A stretch of 64,000 nt of DNA from Marsupella aquatica (lineage: Eukaryota > Plantae > Marchantiophyta): the NCBI GenBank assembly GCA_973895155.1, contig OZ316898.1:16413420-16477419 (forward strand), written 5' to 3'. The position numbers and the translations under genes are program-made. The number at the start of each line of letters is the position of its first letter. The first letter of the stretch is position 1. The notes under the pieces are model-generated. The model was given only the letters and a program-made list of their open reading frames with translations. It did not search any database and had not been told where the DNA came from. Below are positions 12,716 through 25,551 of the stretch, piece after piece.

Positions 12716-15700
12716 GATCCTACCATTTAAGTAATCCCTAAACATCTTGCCATGGGACTTGCCGTGGAGCCAAGTTTGGCACAAGACCAATAATACAACA
12801 TCCTCCAACAACGCATCACCGCTACAGCATTGAGTACAATCCTATGCATTTACCTTTCTCAAATCTAAATTCATCGATCCTAAAATTAGCGTAGATATCA
12901 GAATATAAGTAAGGACTCTGCTTGCTCAAGACATTGGAGGAAAAGACAAAGACATAGCCAACATAGACTGTGAGAAAGCTACAAGGCTAGAAGAAGCCAT
13001 AAAGCACAACACACCTGGAATGAGCAACGATTTGGAGTGCAAAAGCGGCCACAAGCTCAGCACAGTAGCGCAACAAATGTTGAGCAAGAGAGGGAGGAGT
13101 AGCAGCACTTTGGAATCGCGTCTCGGGTCCTGCACCGCAATAAAAATGCCCTAGTCTACAATGTTGGCACCGGCTCACAATGTCAAGGAGACAATAGTTC
13201 ATGCTAAGAATGTGATGCAAATAGTCCAAGCTCGCATATAAGCCTACCTCCTTACCTAAGCAAGCACCTAACAAGCAATGGCGGCCCTAGTTTTTCTTAT
13301 AAAGCATAGGGGTAAGAACTCCCTTGAAAGAAGTTTGTTCAACCCGAGGTTCAACCTCGGATTGGTGGTAGCCCAACTTGCAATGCAGCAACTGCAAAAT
13401 TTTCACCCAAGCTTGCGATGTTGCTCTCACTCAAAGTCGCGGAACTTGACTACCTTAACACTTAGCTCCGGCATCGTTGACTCCGACGTCGAGCTCCCTT
13501 ATGGTCCAGGCCCGGATAGGCCATCCGGGGAGGACTTAGCATGGGGAGACTAGTGGGCAATGAGACGTAGCACTAGCGAAGGCAAGGAGCCAAGCTGGTG
13601 ACACACACTAAGGACTTAGGCGAGTTGAGAGCTGGTCGGGTCAAGGGGAAAGGGGCCGGACTCAAGGTTGACCGTCCGGGCCCCCGGACAGACTTCAAGT
13701 TCTGAGGGCTTGAGTGTGAACAGGACTTGGGCCCAAGGCCAATGGAGTTGACGCCATGGGCAACGGACGCTTGGGGCGTGAGTTAGGCCCGATTCGGGTT
13801 TGGCCGATCGGGGACTTCCAAGCGACGATGAGACCTGAGGGCCTGGGTTGGCCCGATCACAATGGGCTAAGGCACTCCTCTTGCGGATGCCTAACGAGAA
13901 AGTTATGTGGCGCGCCCACTATGCGCGATAGGATCCGGGGGGTATAGCGATGGAGACAGGAAACAGGTAAACAATTGTTTTTTCTCTTGTTTTTAATATG
14001 TTGTTACCAGCAAAAAACCACTGTTACCAGCAAAAATGACAATTTAAAAATGTCTCTTAAAACATGTCATTTTCAAAAAAAATTAACAATGCAACATTTT
14101 TGGCTAGCTTTGGGCGCTACTATTAGCAGCGCCGGGCCCTAGCAAAAAAAACCAGTCGACCAAAAAAAAAAATTCAAAAAAAATTTCCACCCATTTTCCT
14201 TTTACCAGTTTTTTTCTTGTTAGCGGTTTCTGTTATTAACTCATGTTTTCTGTTTTGTTGTCTTTTGTAAACACCTCGGATTCGGGTTGGAGGCCAAATG
14301 TTTAGGGACCAAAGTTGGTCCGGGGGTGGCAGGTCTCCAGAAGCATATATGAGGGGAGTGGTGTCTCCCTGGGGGCCAAGGGCGAGCCAAAGTCGTGAGC
14401 CGCGGCGGTCACGACACTAAGGGAAAGCACCAAATCATGCCGAACAGCAGCCAAACTGCATTCAGTCTCCCAAGGGAGCTTGCGTTGGGGAGGCAAGGCC
14501 AAGTAGGTGTGAAGGTTGAGTTCCAAGGTACTTGGCCCCTAGACCATCAGTGGGGCGAGAACCGGGAGTTGGTTGCAAGAGTCGGGGCCATTATGGTCCC
14601 GGCATGTTGGGACAAGCTTGGGACAAGCTTTAGGAAAAGCTATGCTATTTGGGCCATGAGCATGTCCTGGGGTCAGGGTGGTCAATTGGTGATAGATAGG
14701 TACGAGGGGGAACCCGGGCCGCGCCTAACAAAGGAGCTATTCTGGACAAATAGTGGGCGTGGGTTCTGGTTATGGCTATGGCATCGGGAGGACCTATCGT
14801 TGACTTATTTATCAATGTCTGTTGAGTTTGAGTTAGGATGCTAGACTTGGCAAGTTCTAGATCTTGAAGGGTTACTTACCGAGGTGCTTGGTTGCTTGTG
14901 CAGACAATAAGGACTGTTGAGTAGCGATCGTGTTGGAGAGCAAGTGCGGCTTCGTATGGGAGGGGCCGCGGGCGGTGCAAGGGGCACTAGGTTGCTTGCT
15001 CAAAATATTTCATGGAGGCGCTGGGTGGCAAGGTCCACCACTCTTGAGCTCCCACACTAGCTCCTGCACTAGCTCCTGCCCAAACTCAATGTCAACAACA
15101 AGACAGTATGCACAAAGGCCATCAACATCCCATCTCACTCCAAAACAACATGATGCAAAACCGGAAATGCAAAGCTTATACGAGCTTACCTCCTGCCCGG
15201 TTGGCACTCCTCACCCTCCCGCCCCACCTGCAATCTTGATGAAGTATGAACACCGGGATGAAGACCACCACTGTGGGCAACGCTGATACAACCCTCAACG
15301 ATAGAAAAATGCAATGCACAGCACGCAATAGCCGAAAATGTGAACAGGAGCGATGGCAAAGAGTCTGCAAACAAAGACACAGAGGAGCAAGGAGGAGCGC
15401 AAAGAGGAGAGTCAAGCAGCAACGATGTGTCTTATTAGGCCGAAACTATGATGAGACACTATTTCGGCCCGATGTGACTATTAGTTTGAAAAGGTTTGCT
15501 AGAGGCCCATTAGGTAAGAAAAGTTTTGTAGGGGCCATCAGGTAAGAAAGTTACACCATAGGGCACATCAAGCATATATCTCAAACATTTAGCCCTTGTC
15601 ACTCCCATATTCATTTTTTTCATGTTTTTAAATACTTCTGCAAGGTAAGTAGTAGTATGTACCAAGTATTCTCCCATATTCATTTTTTCCATGTTTTGAA

Positions 15701-16243
15701 ACAGTTATGCAAGGTAAGCAGTACTAAAGGTATATAATATTTACTCTCTTTAGTTATTCCCTCTCAATGTTTTGGAAGTACTCACACCTTAAAAGTATTT
15801 CTCAAAGAATAGACAGTCGTCCTTTATAGTTAAGGTGAACCAATAGTTCTGGGTGCTATTTTTTGAAATTTGTTTTTTGCAGTTAATTTACGTGGGCCTT
15901 AAACAATTCTTTGATGCTATTTTGCCAAAAATTCACGTTGTACATGTGAGAATTTCCTTGGTATTTTTTGCAAAATATTTTAAATGTACATAAATATATA
16001 CATACTTATTTTTGAAAAATGGGGGGCAGGAGAATACAAAATTACCTCACTTTATCCCCATATTTGTTTTTCCTTACCTTTTTCACTCTCCTCTTCCACA
16101 ATTTTTGTTCTTTTTTTCCTTTATCTGGCCCTCCCCCTCTTTTTCCTCCATGCCAATTTCTCGCTACCTTCTCCCTGATCTTTGCATAGTGCTTTATCTT
16201 TATATATTTACTAGCCTCATGCCTGTGCGTTGCACAAATTTTT

Positions 16244-16810
16244 TGAGGTGAGAGCAAGATGTCAAGGAGAGGCAAAGATGTTGAGGCGAGGGCAAGATGT
16301 CAAGGAGAGGGCAAAATTTTGAGGCCAGGCAAAAGATGTCAAGGTGAGAGACAGATGGTGAGGAAGGGCAAGATGTCAAGGAGAGGGCAAAATTTTGAGG
16401 CCAGGCAAAAGATGTCAAGGTGAGAGACAAATGGTGAGGAAGAGCAAGATGTCAAGGAGAGGCAAAGATAAGGAGGTGAGGTAAAGATGTTGAGGTGAAA
16501 AAAGACATTGATGAGAGAAAGAGATGTTGATGTATTTAAGGAAAAAATGTCAAGGTTAGAAAGGAGGTTGAGGAGAGAAAAGATGACACGGTGAGAAAAA
16601 GATATAAGAATGAACTGTGAAAAATGTCAAGGAGAGAAAAGATGTTGAGGGTGACGGAAAGATATTGTAGTAGATAACGATATCAAGGTGAGCAAAAGGA
16701 AACATGTCGAGTTGAGAAAATGATGTCAAACAAGGTGAAAAAAGATGTTGTGGTGAGATAAAGATGTCAATGTGATAAGAAAAATGGTGAGATGAGAGAA
16801 AGATGTCAAA
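16244..16810 (+). repeat. Degenerate ~19-bp minisatellite (core AAAGATGTCAAGGWGAG) inside the Helitron
   Basis: Many adjacent copies of the core; a related array in opposite orientation lies at 25010-25410. Confidence 0.85.
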
Positions 16811-17637
16811 CTAAGGTAAAGTTGTTGTGGTGGTGTTTAATAACAGGACTGGTGTGTTGCACATAGAAATTGGAGTCGCAAAATAACTACCACCGCTTCT
16901 ATTCAACCCATGATTATTTTTGCACCCAAATTTTGTTGGCCTCCCTATTTCCCCCCTCTCCCATCCTCTCCCTTTCTTTCCTTGTTTTCCCCTCTTGCCC
17001 TCCTAGTGCCTTGTCCTTCCTCCCCCCTTTTTCTTTCTTAATTTAACACCATTAATTTTGTTTGAAAATGAGTTAAATTAATAATGGGAAGATAAGACAA
17101 TTAACCTCCAAAAAATTAAATCTCCTTTCTAAGAGCAAAAGCCAAAAAACAATTTGTCAATCTACTCTACTTTGCTACTTCCCCTTAGTGCTAGCTCTAT
17201 GCCAAAATGTACTCTAAATAGACCATAAAATAATCTACTTTCACTTTAATGCTCCAGGCCAAAAAGTACTATAAGCAAACTACAAAATAACTTCAGTAAC
17301 ATATTCAAGTACGCTACTAGTACATAGTATATCTACTTTGTACTATAAATTAGAACCAATTTTAGGTACCCATCTCACTCAATCCAAGCCTCTTAAATAA
17401 TTCTAGAAAATATTTGATGGTTAAGCATGGTTCCTTCATTTTTTTCACTTTAGTAATGAGACAATGGACAAAACTGACCGGATTCGTTATTATAGTAGTA
17501 GATGAGAGTATAATAACTACACCCTTGTTGTTAGACTCTACCTATGACCGGACGACCGGACTAGCCGGTCACCCGACCCCACTATATGTACACATATTCC
17601 TGACTATACAGTTATCTATTGCATTCATTCCATGACA

Positions 17638-17650
17638 CGTTATCAGCACG
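17638..17650 (+). promoter_or_regulatory. Primer-binding site, half-tRNA (Ile anticodon-arm) type characteristic of Bianca elements
   Basis: CGTTATCAGCACG abuts the LTR end; the same motif occurs on the minus strand at 40812-40824. Confidence 0.8.
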
Positions 17651-18900
17651 TAGCAACCATACTGAGCGGAGGACAGAAATCTACAAAGCTATGGCAGAAT
17701 TGTGAAGGATCAAAAGTGGAATTGAGTTGACAGAGAAATCCCTGACCGAACCCGAAGAGATAGAAAGGAAAGTGAGTAAGCGAATGAAGGGACAAGCATC
17801 CAGCGCATAAGGGCAGAAAACAAAAATTGCATAAGGACATCGATTAGGAATTATAGAGGAGAATCGAGAGAGAAGACATCCAAAATTCATTTGCAAACAG
17901 ATCAACCCTGAAAGAAGAGGACCTGCATTGGCAGGCGAATTTGAACCAAGTGAAGCAGATAAGGACACTGCGATAAGTGACTGAGAAGACATCAAAGTCA
18001 AGCTTGAAAAGAGAGACAGGATCCAATTCAGAGGGAAGAAAGCGCAATGAACTGAGGCCAGAGAGAGAGCGAATCACAATCGAGAGAATCAGTAGAACTC
18101 GAAGAAAAGAGCAAGTGGAAGCCTGATTCAGAATTAAAGAAGAGAGAACAAGCAGTCATGGAGGGACGATGATAAGAGCAGCAACACCGAAGATAGAAAT
18201 GTGAGCGAATTGAAATCTTGAGGCAAGGAGATAAGCAAATAGATCGAAAATAGAGAAAAGAGAAGTCTCTACTACGAGGAAGCAGACCGCACAGCAGAAT
18301 CTGGAGAGAAAGAACCGAAGAGGAGCATTACAAGGCGCAGCCAAAGAAAGCAGCACAAAGGGGAGATCGAGAGAGGAGCGCACAAGGGGCGCAACCGCCA
18401 TCAAATCCCACCACATTGAAACTGCAAAACGTCGAGAAAACCTCGAAAACCGCCGCTAAGTGCAAAACCTCTTTAACTGCAAAATCCATCAAAGAGATTT
18501 CAGTTACAAAGGAAAAGTTGCACTTAACCATAACTGCAAAACATAAGCGCACATCCGCATAACTGCACACTGTAACCAAGAAAAATTTACTTTACAAAGC
18601 CGCATGTGCACTTAACCAAGGCACGAGTATATTACCACCCATAACTGCACAAACTGTATAATTCCATTACTGCATAGTTTAACAAAGGAAAAAGCAAATA
18701 CAAAGGAAACTTTGCAGTTAACCAAATAGCAAGGAAAACCTAAATCCTAAGTGCAAACCCTAAAATTGAATTCCGGATTTGCATGCTCTCTCCTCCCAGC
18801 CCCACCTTGCATGCCGCAGAAATGTGCTTTGTCGTTTCCTACTATACTTACTAGTATATAAGCCTCGACTACCATTAAAAGGAATCAAGCCATCACCCCA

Positions 18901-21900
18901 ATGACCAACCTAGAGAAATTAACATTTCCAGCCCTAGACATCGATGGTAGCAACTACCTGGAATGGTCAATGAACCTCAGAGAGAACCTTACCTCGCTAA
19001 CCCTACTCCCAGCTATAGGGATGGCTCAACCTATACTAGCTGGCGAACCCCAACCAGACCCGTTAACTAAAGCCAACGAATCTAAGGCCCTTGTATTCCT
19101 TAGACGTCATATCCATAGATTCCTACAAAGACAATACATGCACCTCTCAACCCCCCGTGAACTTTGGACAGCGCTCCAAACCCAATTCGACCACCAAAAA
19201 CTGGTCGAACTACCTAAAGCCAGGCAAGACTGACTAAACCTGCGAGTCCAGGACTTTACCTCTATTTCAGCCTACAATAGTGAACTCTTTAGAATAACCT
19301 CAACCCTCGCACTATGTGGCAAGCCGGTCACAGACAAGGATCTGCTAGAGAAGACCTTGTCGACATTTCATTCATCGAATGTGTTGCTATCAACACAGTA
19401 TCGAAACATGAAGTTTGGGCAATACTTCGAGCTCATAGCCCACCTCCTAGTCACTGAAAGAAACCAAGAGCTTCTCTTAGTAAACTCTAGAAAATGCCCT
19501 GCGGGCACACTGCCCTTAGGACAACAGAATTCACCCATAACATAGAAAATGCTGAACCCTCCACATCGAGGCAAGGCATTAAACGCACTAAGAATAGCAA
19601 CCGGAGAAACACCCACAACGGGGGGAGTTTCTATAACCAACGTCCACAATATAACTCCCAACGAACCTTTAGAGGACGTGATGGACGAGAAGGACGTGGA
19701 GGACGAGGAGGACGAGGAGGACGTGGCGGACATGGTGGACGCGGAGGACGCGGCGGTGGTAGAACATATAACAACAACCGTAGAAATGATTGGTCACAAT
19801 CTCGACAACAACGGGAACGACCGAAATGCCATGAATGTGGTATGACAAACCACCTAGCAAGAAACTGTAGAATCCCGCAACACCTTAGAGAACTATACCA
19901 ACGGTCCATCAAGGATGGACAAACCTCTAGGCCACCACCCCGTGAAACCCACGGGGCGTTTATGGAGTCTAGTGACCCATTCCAAGACTTTTCCGACCTA
20001 CCCACCCAACCCGAGGCACACTTAGTGGCAAGTAGCTCCACTACACCAGATTTAAATAGTCCAAGCACATGTATTATTGACAGTGCGACCACGCATACTA
20101 TCCTCAGGGATAGTCACCTTTTCCACAAGATTACACCCTCACGTAGGTCTCTCACCACTATCAATGGTCCTAGCCAAATAGAAGAGGGCTTCGGCCCAGC
20201 TTCTATTAGACACCCGCAGGGGACCAAAATACACATAGAATCCGCTATTTTCGCCCCGAATGCAACTCGTAATCTCCTCAGTTTTAGAGATATACGAGCA
20301 AATGGACTACACGTCCAGACAGGCGATACAAGAGACCAAGAAGTCATCCACTTGGTTGAAAATACCCCTACGGGGAGAATCATTAAAGAAACCTTTTTCT
20401 CGTATCCTTGCGGGTTTTATGTAACTCACATTGAATGCCTGCATAGCAATGCCAACACAAGCGAATTGCATGCGCTTTGGCATGCACCCCTCGGCCACCC
20501 CGGCCAATCAATGCTAACCAAAATCATTAAGAATTCAAGAGGCATTCCAATCAATACACGCCACATTCCAGCGAGCACCCTATGCACTGCATGCTCACGC
20601 GGAAAATTAATAAAAAGGCCCACGACATCAAAATTGCCAACTAAAATACCCCAATTCTTGGAAATCATCCATGCAGATATTTGCGGGCCAATTAACCCTC
20701 CAAGCGGACCTTTCCGCTACTTTATGGTATTAATCGACGCATCAACTAAATGGTCAAATGTGACCCTGCTTTCAACAAGGAACATGGTTATGCCTCGCAT
20801 CTTGGCGCAAATCTTGCGTGTGAAAGCACAATTCCCAGATCACCCCATTAAGACACTAAGGGTGGACAATGCAGGGGAATTCACATCCGAAACATTTGAC
20901 GACTTTTGCACATCACTTGGCATCGACGTACAATATCCTATACCCTACGTGCATTAACGGATTAGCTGAAGCTGTCATTAAACGCCATCAGTTCATTGCA
21001 CGCCCATTACTAATGCAGTCAAAACTCCTCGTCTCAGCATGGGGACATGCCATATTACAGGCTAATGCATTAATCCAATACCGCCCATTGGCTTTTAATA
21101 CCTATAGCCCATACCAAATTGCTAATGGTATTAAACCTGACCTATCACATCTTCGTTCATTTGGATGTCAAGTAATGGTCCCTATTACTCCACCCAAATG
21201 AACCAAGATGGGACCCCAACGACAGTTGGGGATATACATCAGATTCGACTCTCCGTCCATAATCCGATATATGGAGCCAACAACTGGCGATGTTTTTAAA
21301 TCCAGATTTCTAGATTGCCATTTTGATGAACATGTTTATCCACCATTAATAACCCCTAAACACCCACAACCACCTTTGGAGTGGGAAAGACATTCGCCAT
21401 TTTGGCAAGACCTTAGAACCAATCAAGGGGAGAAAGAAGTTCAGCGAATTTTGCAACTCCACAAGATTGTGGAAGAACTTCCAGACGCTTTTGTCGATAC
21501 ATCACAAGTTACCCGCTCACATATTCCAGCTACGAGAGCATCTGCTCGCATCGAATTATCAAGTGAGCCAGCAAATACATCCCAGCCTCATGCCAAACGT
21601 GGCAGACCCTTGGGATCAAAGGATAAACAACCAGGAAGGCATGGTTCATCTATACCACCTTCACCTAATGTCGATCATACCGAATCCACAACTCATGAAG
21701 AGATTTCTATCCACTACGCACACACCGATACGATGTGGGATAGAAATACTACTTCAATAGATGATGCTTTTGCATTAATGGTGGCAACACATATCACAGA
21801 TGAAACACCCGAACCAATATCTATCTTAGAATGCCAAAACAGACCAGATTGGCCTGAATGACAAAAAGCTATAAACGGAGAATTAGATTCCCTACTAAGC

Positions 21901-23572
21901 AGACACACTTTTGGCCTAGTCGAGCCAACACCGCAAGACATACACCTCATTGGCTACAAGTGGACATTCGTCCGCAAAAGAAATGATAAAGGCCAAGTTG
22001 TACGTTACAAAGCACGTCTGGTAGGGAAAGGATTTACCCAACAACCAGGAATTCATTACGATGAAACTTACTCACCGGTTATGGATAGCACAACATTCCG
22101 ATACCTTATCGGATTTGCCATTTTCCATAAACTACAAATGTGATAACTCGATGTTGCGACCGCATATCTATATGGAACTTTAGACACTTGTCTATACATG
22201 CGATCACCTCCCGAGTTGGAGTAACGTCGCCGAGCTTTAGCTCAAGGCGCTAAATCGCATATTCCATATTTACATAAGATTATAAGACAATTATCTCAAG
22301 TTACACCTCATGTGTCATCTACACATGTAACTCATAATAACAACACCGCTGTGTCAACCGTACGAAATACTCGCCGCGGACTAGATATCCGCGTGTTGAA
22401 GGCATTATATGGCCTGAAACAAAGTGGAAGAGTATGGTATCAAAGATTTACTGATGAAATGATTACCATGGGTTTTACCCATGATGCAATTACCCCATGT
22501 TTATTTATTAAACATATGGATGACGAATATGTCATCGTTTCTATCTATGTTGATGACTTAAACATATTTGGGACACCCCAAATTACCGAAGATACTATTA
22601 CTCGTCTTAAATCAACATTTGAGATGAAAGACCTTGGACATACAAACTTTTGCTTAGGATTACAACTGGAGATCTTACCTACTAGTATGATGCTCCATCA
22701 AACCACACAAACTGAAAAGATCCTCAAACAGTTCAATATGAACCTAGCACACCCATTGACGTCACCAATGGTTGTACGTTCATTAGAAAACAATACTGAT
22801 GTTTTTTGCAAACGCAAAGAACATGAACCACTATTAGGACCAGAAACTCCGTATCTTTCTGCGATAGGAGCATTAATGTATCTAGCAAATCAGACACGAC
22901 CAGACATTTGCATTTGCAGTTAACTTACTAGCTAGACATAGTGCAACTCCCATAGCCAGACACTGGAATGGAGTTAAGCACGTATTTAGATATCTACGTG
23001 GAACCACCAATACCGGGTTATTTTACCCATTCGGTGCAAACCACGAGCTCATAGGATATGCGGATGCCGGATATCTCTCCGACACTGATACCGTAAAATC
23101 CCAAACCGGATATGGTTTTACCATAGGGGGTACCGCCTTTTCTTGGAAAAGCGTGAAATAGACCCTAACAGCAACCTCATCGAATCACTCAAAAATCTTA
23201 GCTCTACATGAGGCTAGTCGTGAAGCCATTTGGTTACGATCCTTTATAAACCACATCAACACCAAATGCGGCCTACCACCACTAACGAAGCCTACTAACA
23301 TTTTTGAGGATAACGCAGCATGTATACAGCAGATCACAAAAAGATTCATCAAAGGCGATCGCGTGAAGCATATAGCTCCAAAGTTTTTCTACACCCACGA
23401 GTTACATATAAAAGAGATCAACATTTTGCAGATTTCAAGTGTAGACAATTGTGCGGATCTCTTCACCAAATCACTATCACCATCAGTTCACTACCGACAC
23501 TGCCAGGCGATTGGACTGCGGAGCGTGCGACACATGATGACCGTGGAGGCTGCTACTCCACATGACGATTGA
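18901..23572 (+). pseudogene. Copia gag-pol polyprotein with multiple stops and frameshifts
   Basis: MTNLEKLTFPALDIDGSNYLEW (Bianca gag start), RGG tract, CCHC knuckle CHECGMTNHLARNC, protease IDSATTHTIL, integrase WHxxLGHPG/IHADICGP/LRVDNAGEF, RT LYGLKQSGR and YVDDL, RNase H GYADAGY. Confidence 0.95.
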
Positions 23573-24287
23573 TGCTGTTGATGACATGATGTTGACGACC
23601 TACTGTTGAAACAAATATTAAAGCTAGATTTACTATAGCATCTGACTTTATTTAATATTGACATTTATTACAACGAGGACTGTTAGGCTACACTCTTTTT
23701 CCTTTAGTACTCATATTTTTTCTCTGCTACACTGATAGAGTTTTTACTAAGCTAGAGTTGATAAAAGTTTTTTAACGAGGTAGTCTACCTCGCTTGTACT
23801 TATATCATGTATTTCCTATGAACATGATATAATAGGTATAGTCCATGTTGTCTATATAGTTGTCACTATATATCCAAAGGGGAGTGTTAGACTCTACCTA
23901 TGACCGGACGACCGGACCAGCCGGTCACTCGACCCCACTATATGTACACACATTCCTGACTATACAGTTATCTATTGCATTCATTTCATGACACTTGTAA
24001 AGTTATAGTCCCCATGGGAGAGTATAAAAGACAATGTAGTAAAATTCATAAGTGTATTCTCAAGTATTATTTTTCTTGTTCTCATGTAGGTTATTGCAAT
24101 GTCATTATGGGGTTGTGTGTACCTTGGCCACCGAACCATAGTGGAACTACTTCACACATCCTTCCTATTATTAATTAATATAAAATCATTATAAAAAATC
24201 ACCCAAATGATCTAACGTCTGTCATTCATTTCAGTCCAAAATGTATTTTGTAACAAGACAAAGGACAGAAATGAATGGGGTTCAATA

Positions 24288-25433
24288 TCTACAACTATAA
24301 TATCCAATCCCCTCATTTTTAGTCCTTCGTCCCATTACAAAAAGTGTTTTGGGCAGGAATGATCCTCAACCATTAGATATTTTGCAAAATTTTTAATACC
24401 GTTCAATCATGGTAAAGAGACCATTAGCATTAGACATCAAAGAATAGAGGTATACAAATACAAAGTATTATAATAAGATGACCTGACAAATAATGAAGAA
24501 ATACAAAGGATGCCCTCCATAAGACCACTCCATTATGATTATCCTTGCAAATACAATTGTCCATGCAAGTACACTTCTCCTCATAGTTATAGGGAAGGAA
24601 GAGTACCATCCAGGATTCCTTTCAAGTACAACTGTCCCTGCAAGTACACTCTTCCCCTCATAATTATAGGGAAGGAAGAGTACCATCCAGGATACAAGAG
24701 GACATCTATTATCCTCAGAGGGTATGATTCTATGTAGGGGAGAGAGGACCAAGGAGGGACAAAGACTCTAATGGAAAAGTAAGGGAAGGGAGAGAGGCCC
24801 AAGGAGAGAGAGACTAAAAGACAAAAAGTGGATAAAGATAATGAAAAAACAAACAAAGAAGAGAAAAACAATTGGAGAAAAATAAAAATTAAAAAATGTA
24901 GGAAAGGAGGGGGGGGGGGGGGGATTCTTAAGGGAATGGAGAGAGAGAGGAATTAAAATTTTTCATGGGCAAAAGAGGGGCTAGCATCAAGGAGTTTCTT
25001 TATTGTAGATGGTACCTTTTCCACAAACATCATCTTTTACACAATATAGTCTTTGCACAATGACATATTCTTTACAACAAAAATCTTTCACAAGACATCT
25101 TTTCCGCAATGACATTTTTTACACAAGGATGTACTTTGCTCAATTTCAATTTTTTGGCAAACAATATTGCTTTGATTGACATCTTTTTTGCAACAACAAA
25201 ATTTCAACAATGAAATCATTTACAGAACAACATTTTTGGAACAACTTATTTCCGCAAATGACATATTTTACCCAACAACATCTTTTCCGTAAACAACAGC
25301 TTTTTTAGAACGTTATCTTTTTTGCAAATGGCATCTTTTCCGCAACGACATCTTTTTCGCATACGAGATATTTTACACATTGACAATTTTTCCGCAACGA
25401 CATCTTTTGTGCAACGCACAGGTATTGAGCTAG
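24288..25433 (+). mobile_element. Non-autonomous Helitron of the same family, nested in the 5' end of the minus-strand copy
   Basis: 5' A|TCTACAACTATAAT; 3' hairpin TGTGCAACGCACA, 9 nt, then CTAG|T. Contains a ~75-bp tandem duplication (24542-24693) and a minisatellite (25010-25410). Confidence 0.8.
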
Positions 25434-25551
25434 TATTATAGATGTAGATTAAAAAATGGAAAAAATAATCACACAGGTCATGAGAAAGGGTTGTAGGGAC
25501 AATGGGCCTCATTAAGTAAAGTAAGGGGCTCTTCACAAATATCTTTACCTA

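Larger units (their letters stand above)
17529..23993 (+). mobile_element. Full-length Ty1/copia LTR retrotransposon, Bianca-type (defective)
   Basis: 109-bp LTRs at 17529-17637 and 23885-23993 (TG..CA, 4 C/T differences); TSD CTTGT (17524-17528, 23994-23998); PBS CGTTATCAGCACG directly after the 5' LTR; PPT AAAGGGGGAG before the 3' LTR; order gag-PR-IN-RT-RH. Confidence 0.96.
16211..25448 (-). mobile_element. Non-autonomous Helitron (about 1.6 kb of its own sequence) carrying a nested copia and a nested Helitron
   Basis: Minus-strand 3' end: hairpin TGTGCAACGCACA, 9 nt, then CTAG|T (16211-16236). Minus-strand 5' end A|TCTACATCTATAATA at 25434-25448 continues at 24287 and below. Internal minisatellite. 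Confidence 0.75.

Noticed and set aside
16244-16810. Regularly spaced repeats (also 25010-25410 and 6890-6990) as a CRISPR array
   Set aside because: The units are degenerate and adjacent with no unique spacers, the context is eukaryotic, and there are no cas genes. They are minisatellites inside transposons.
19494-19545. Ty1-like programmed +1 frameshift at CTTAGG in the Bianca gag
   Set aside because: CTT AGG is not in the upstream gag frame, and the element has many other random lesions; a mutational indel near 19535 is simpler.
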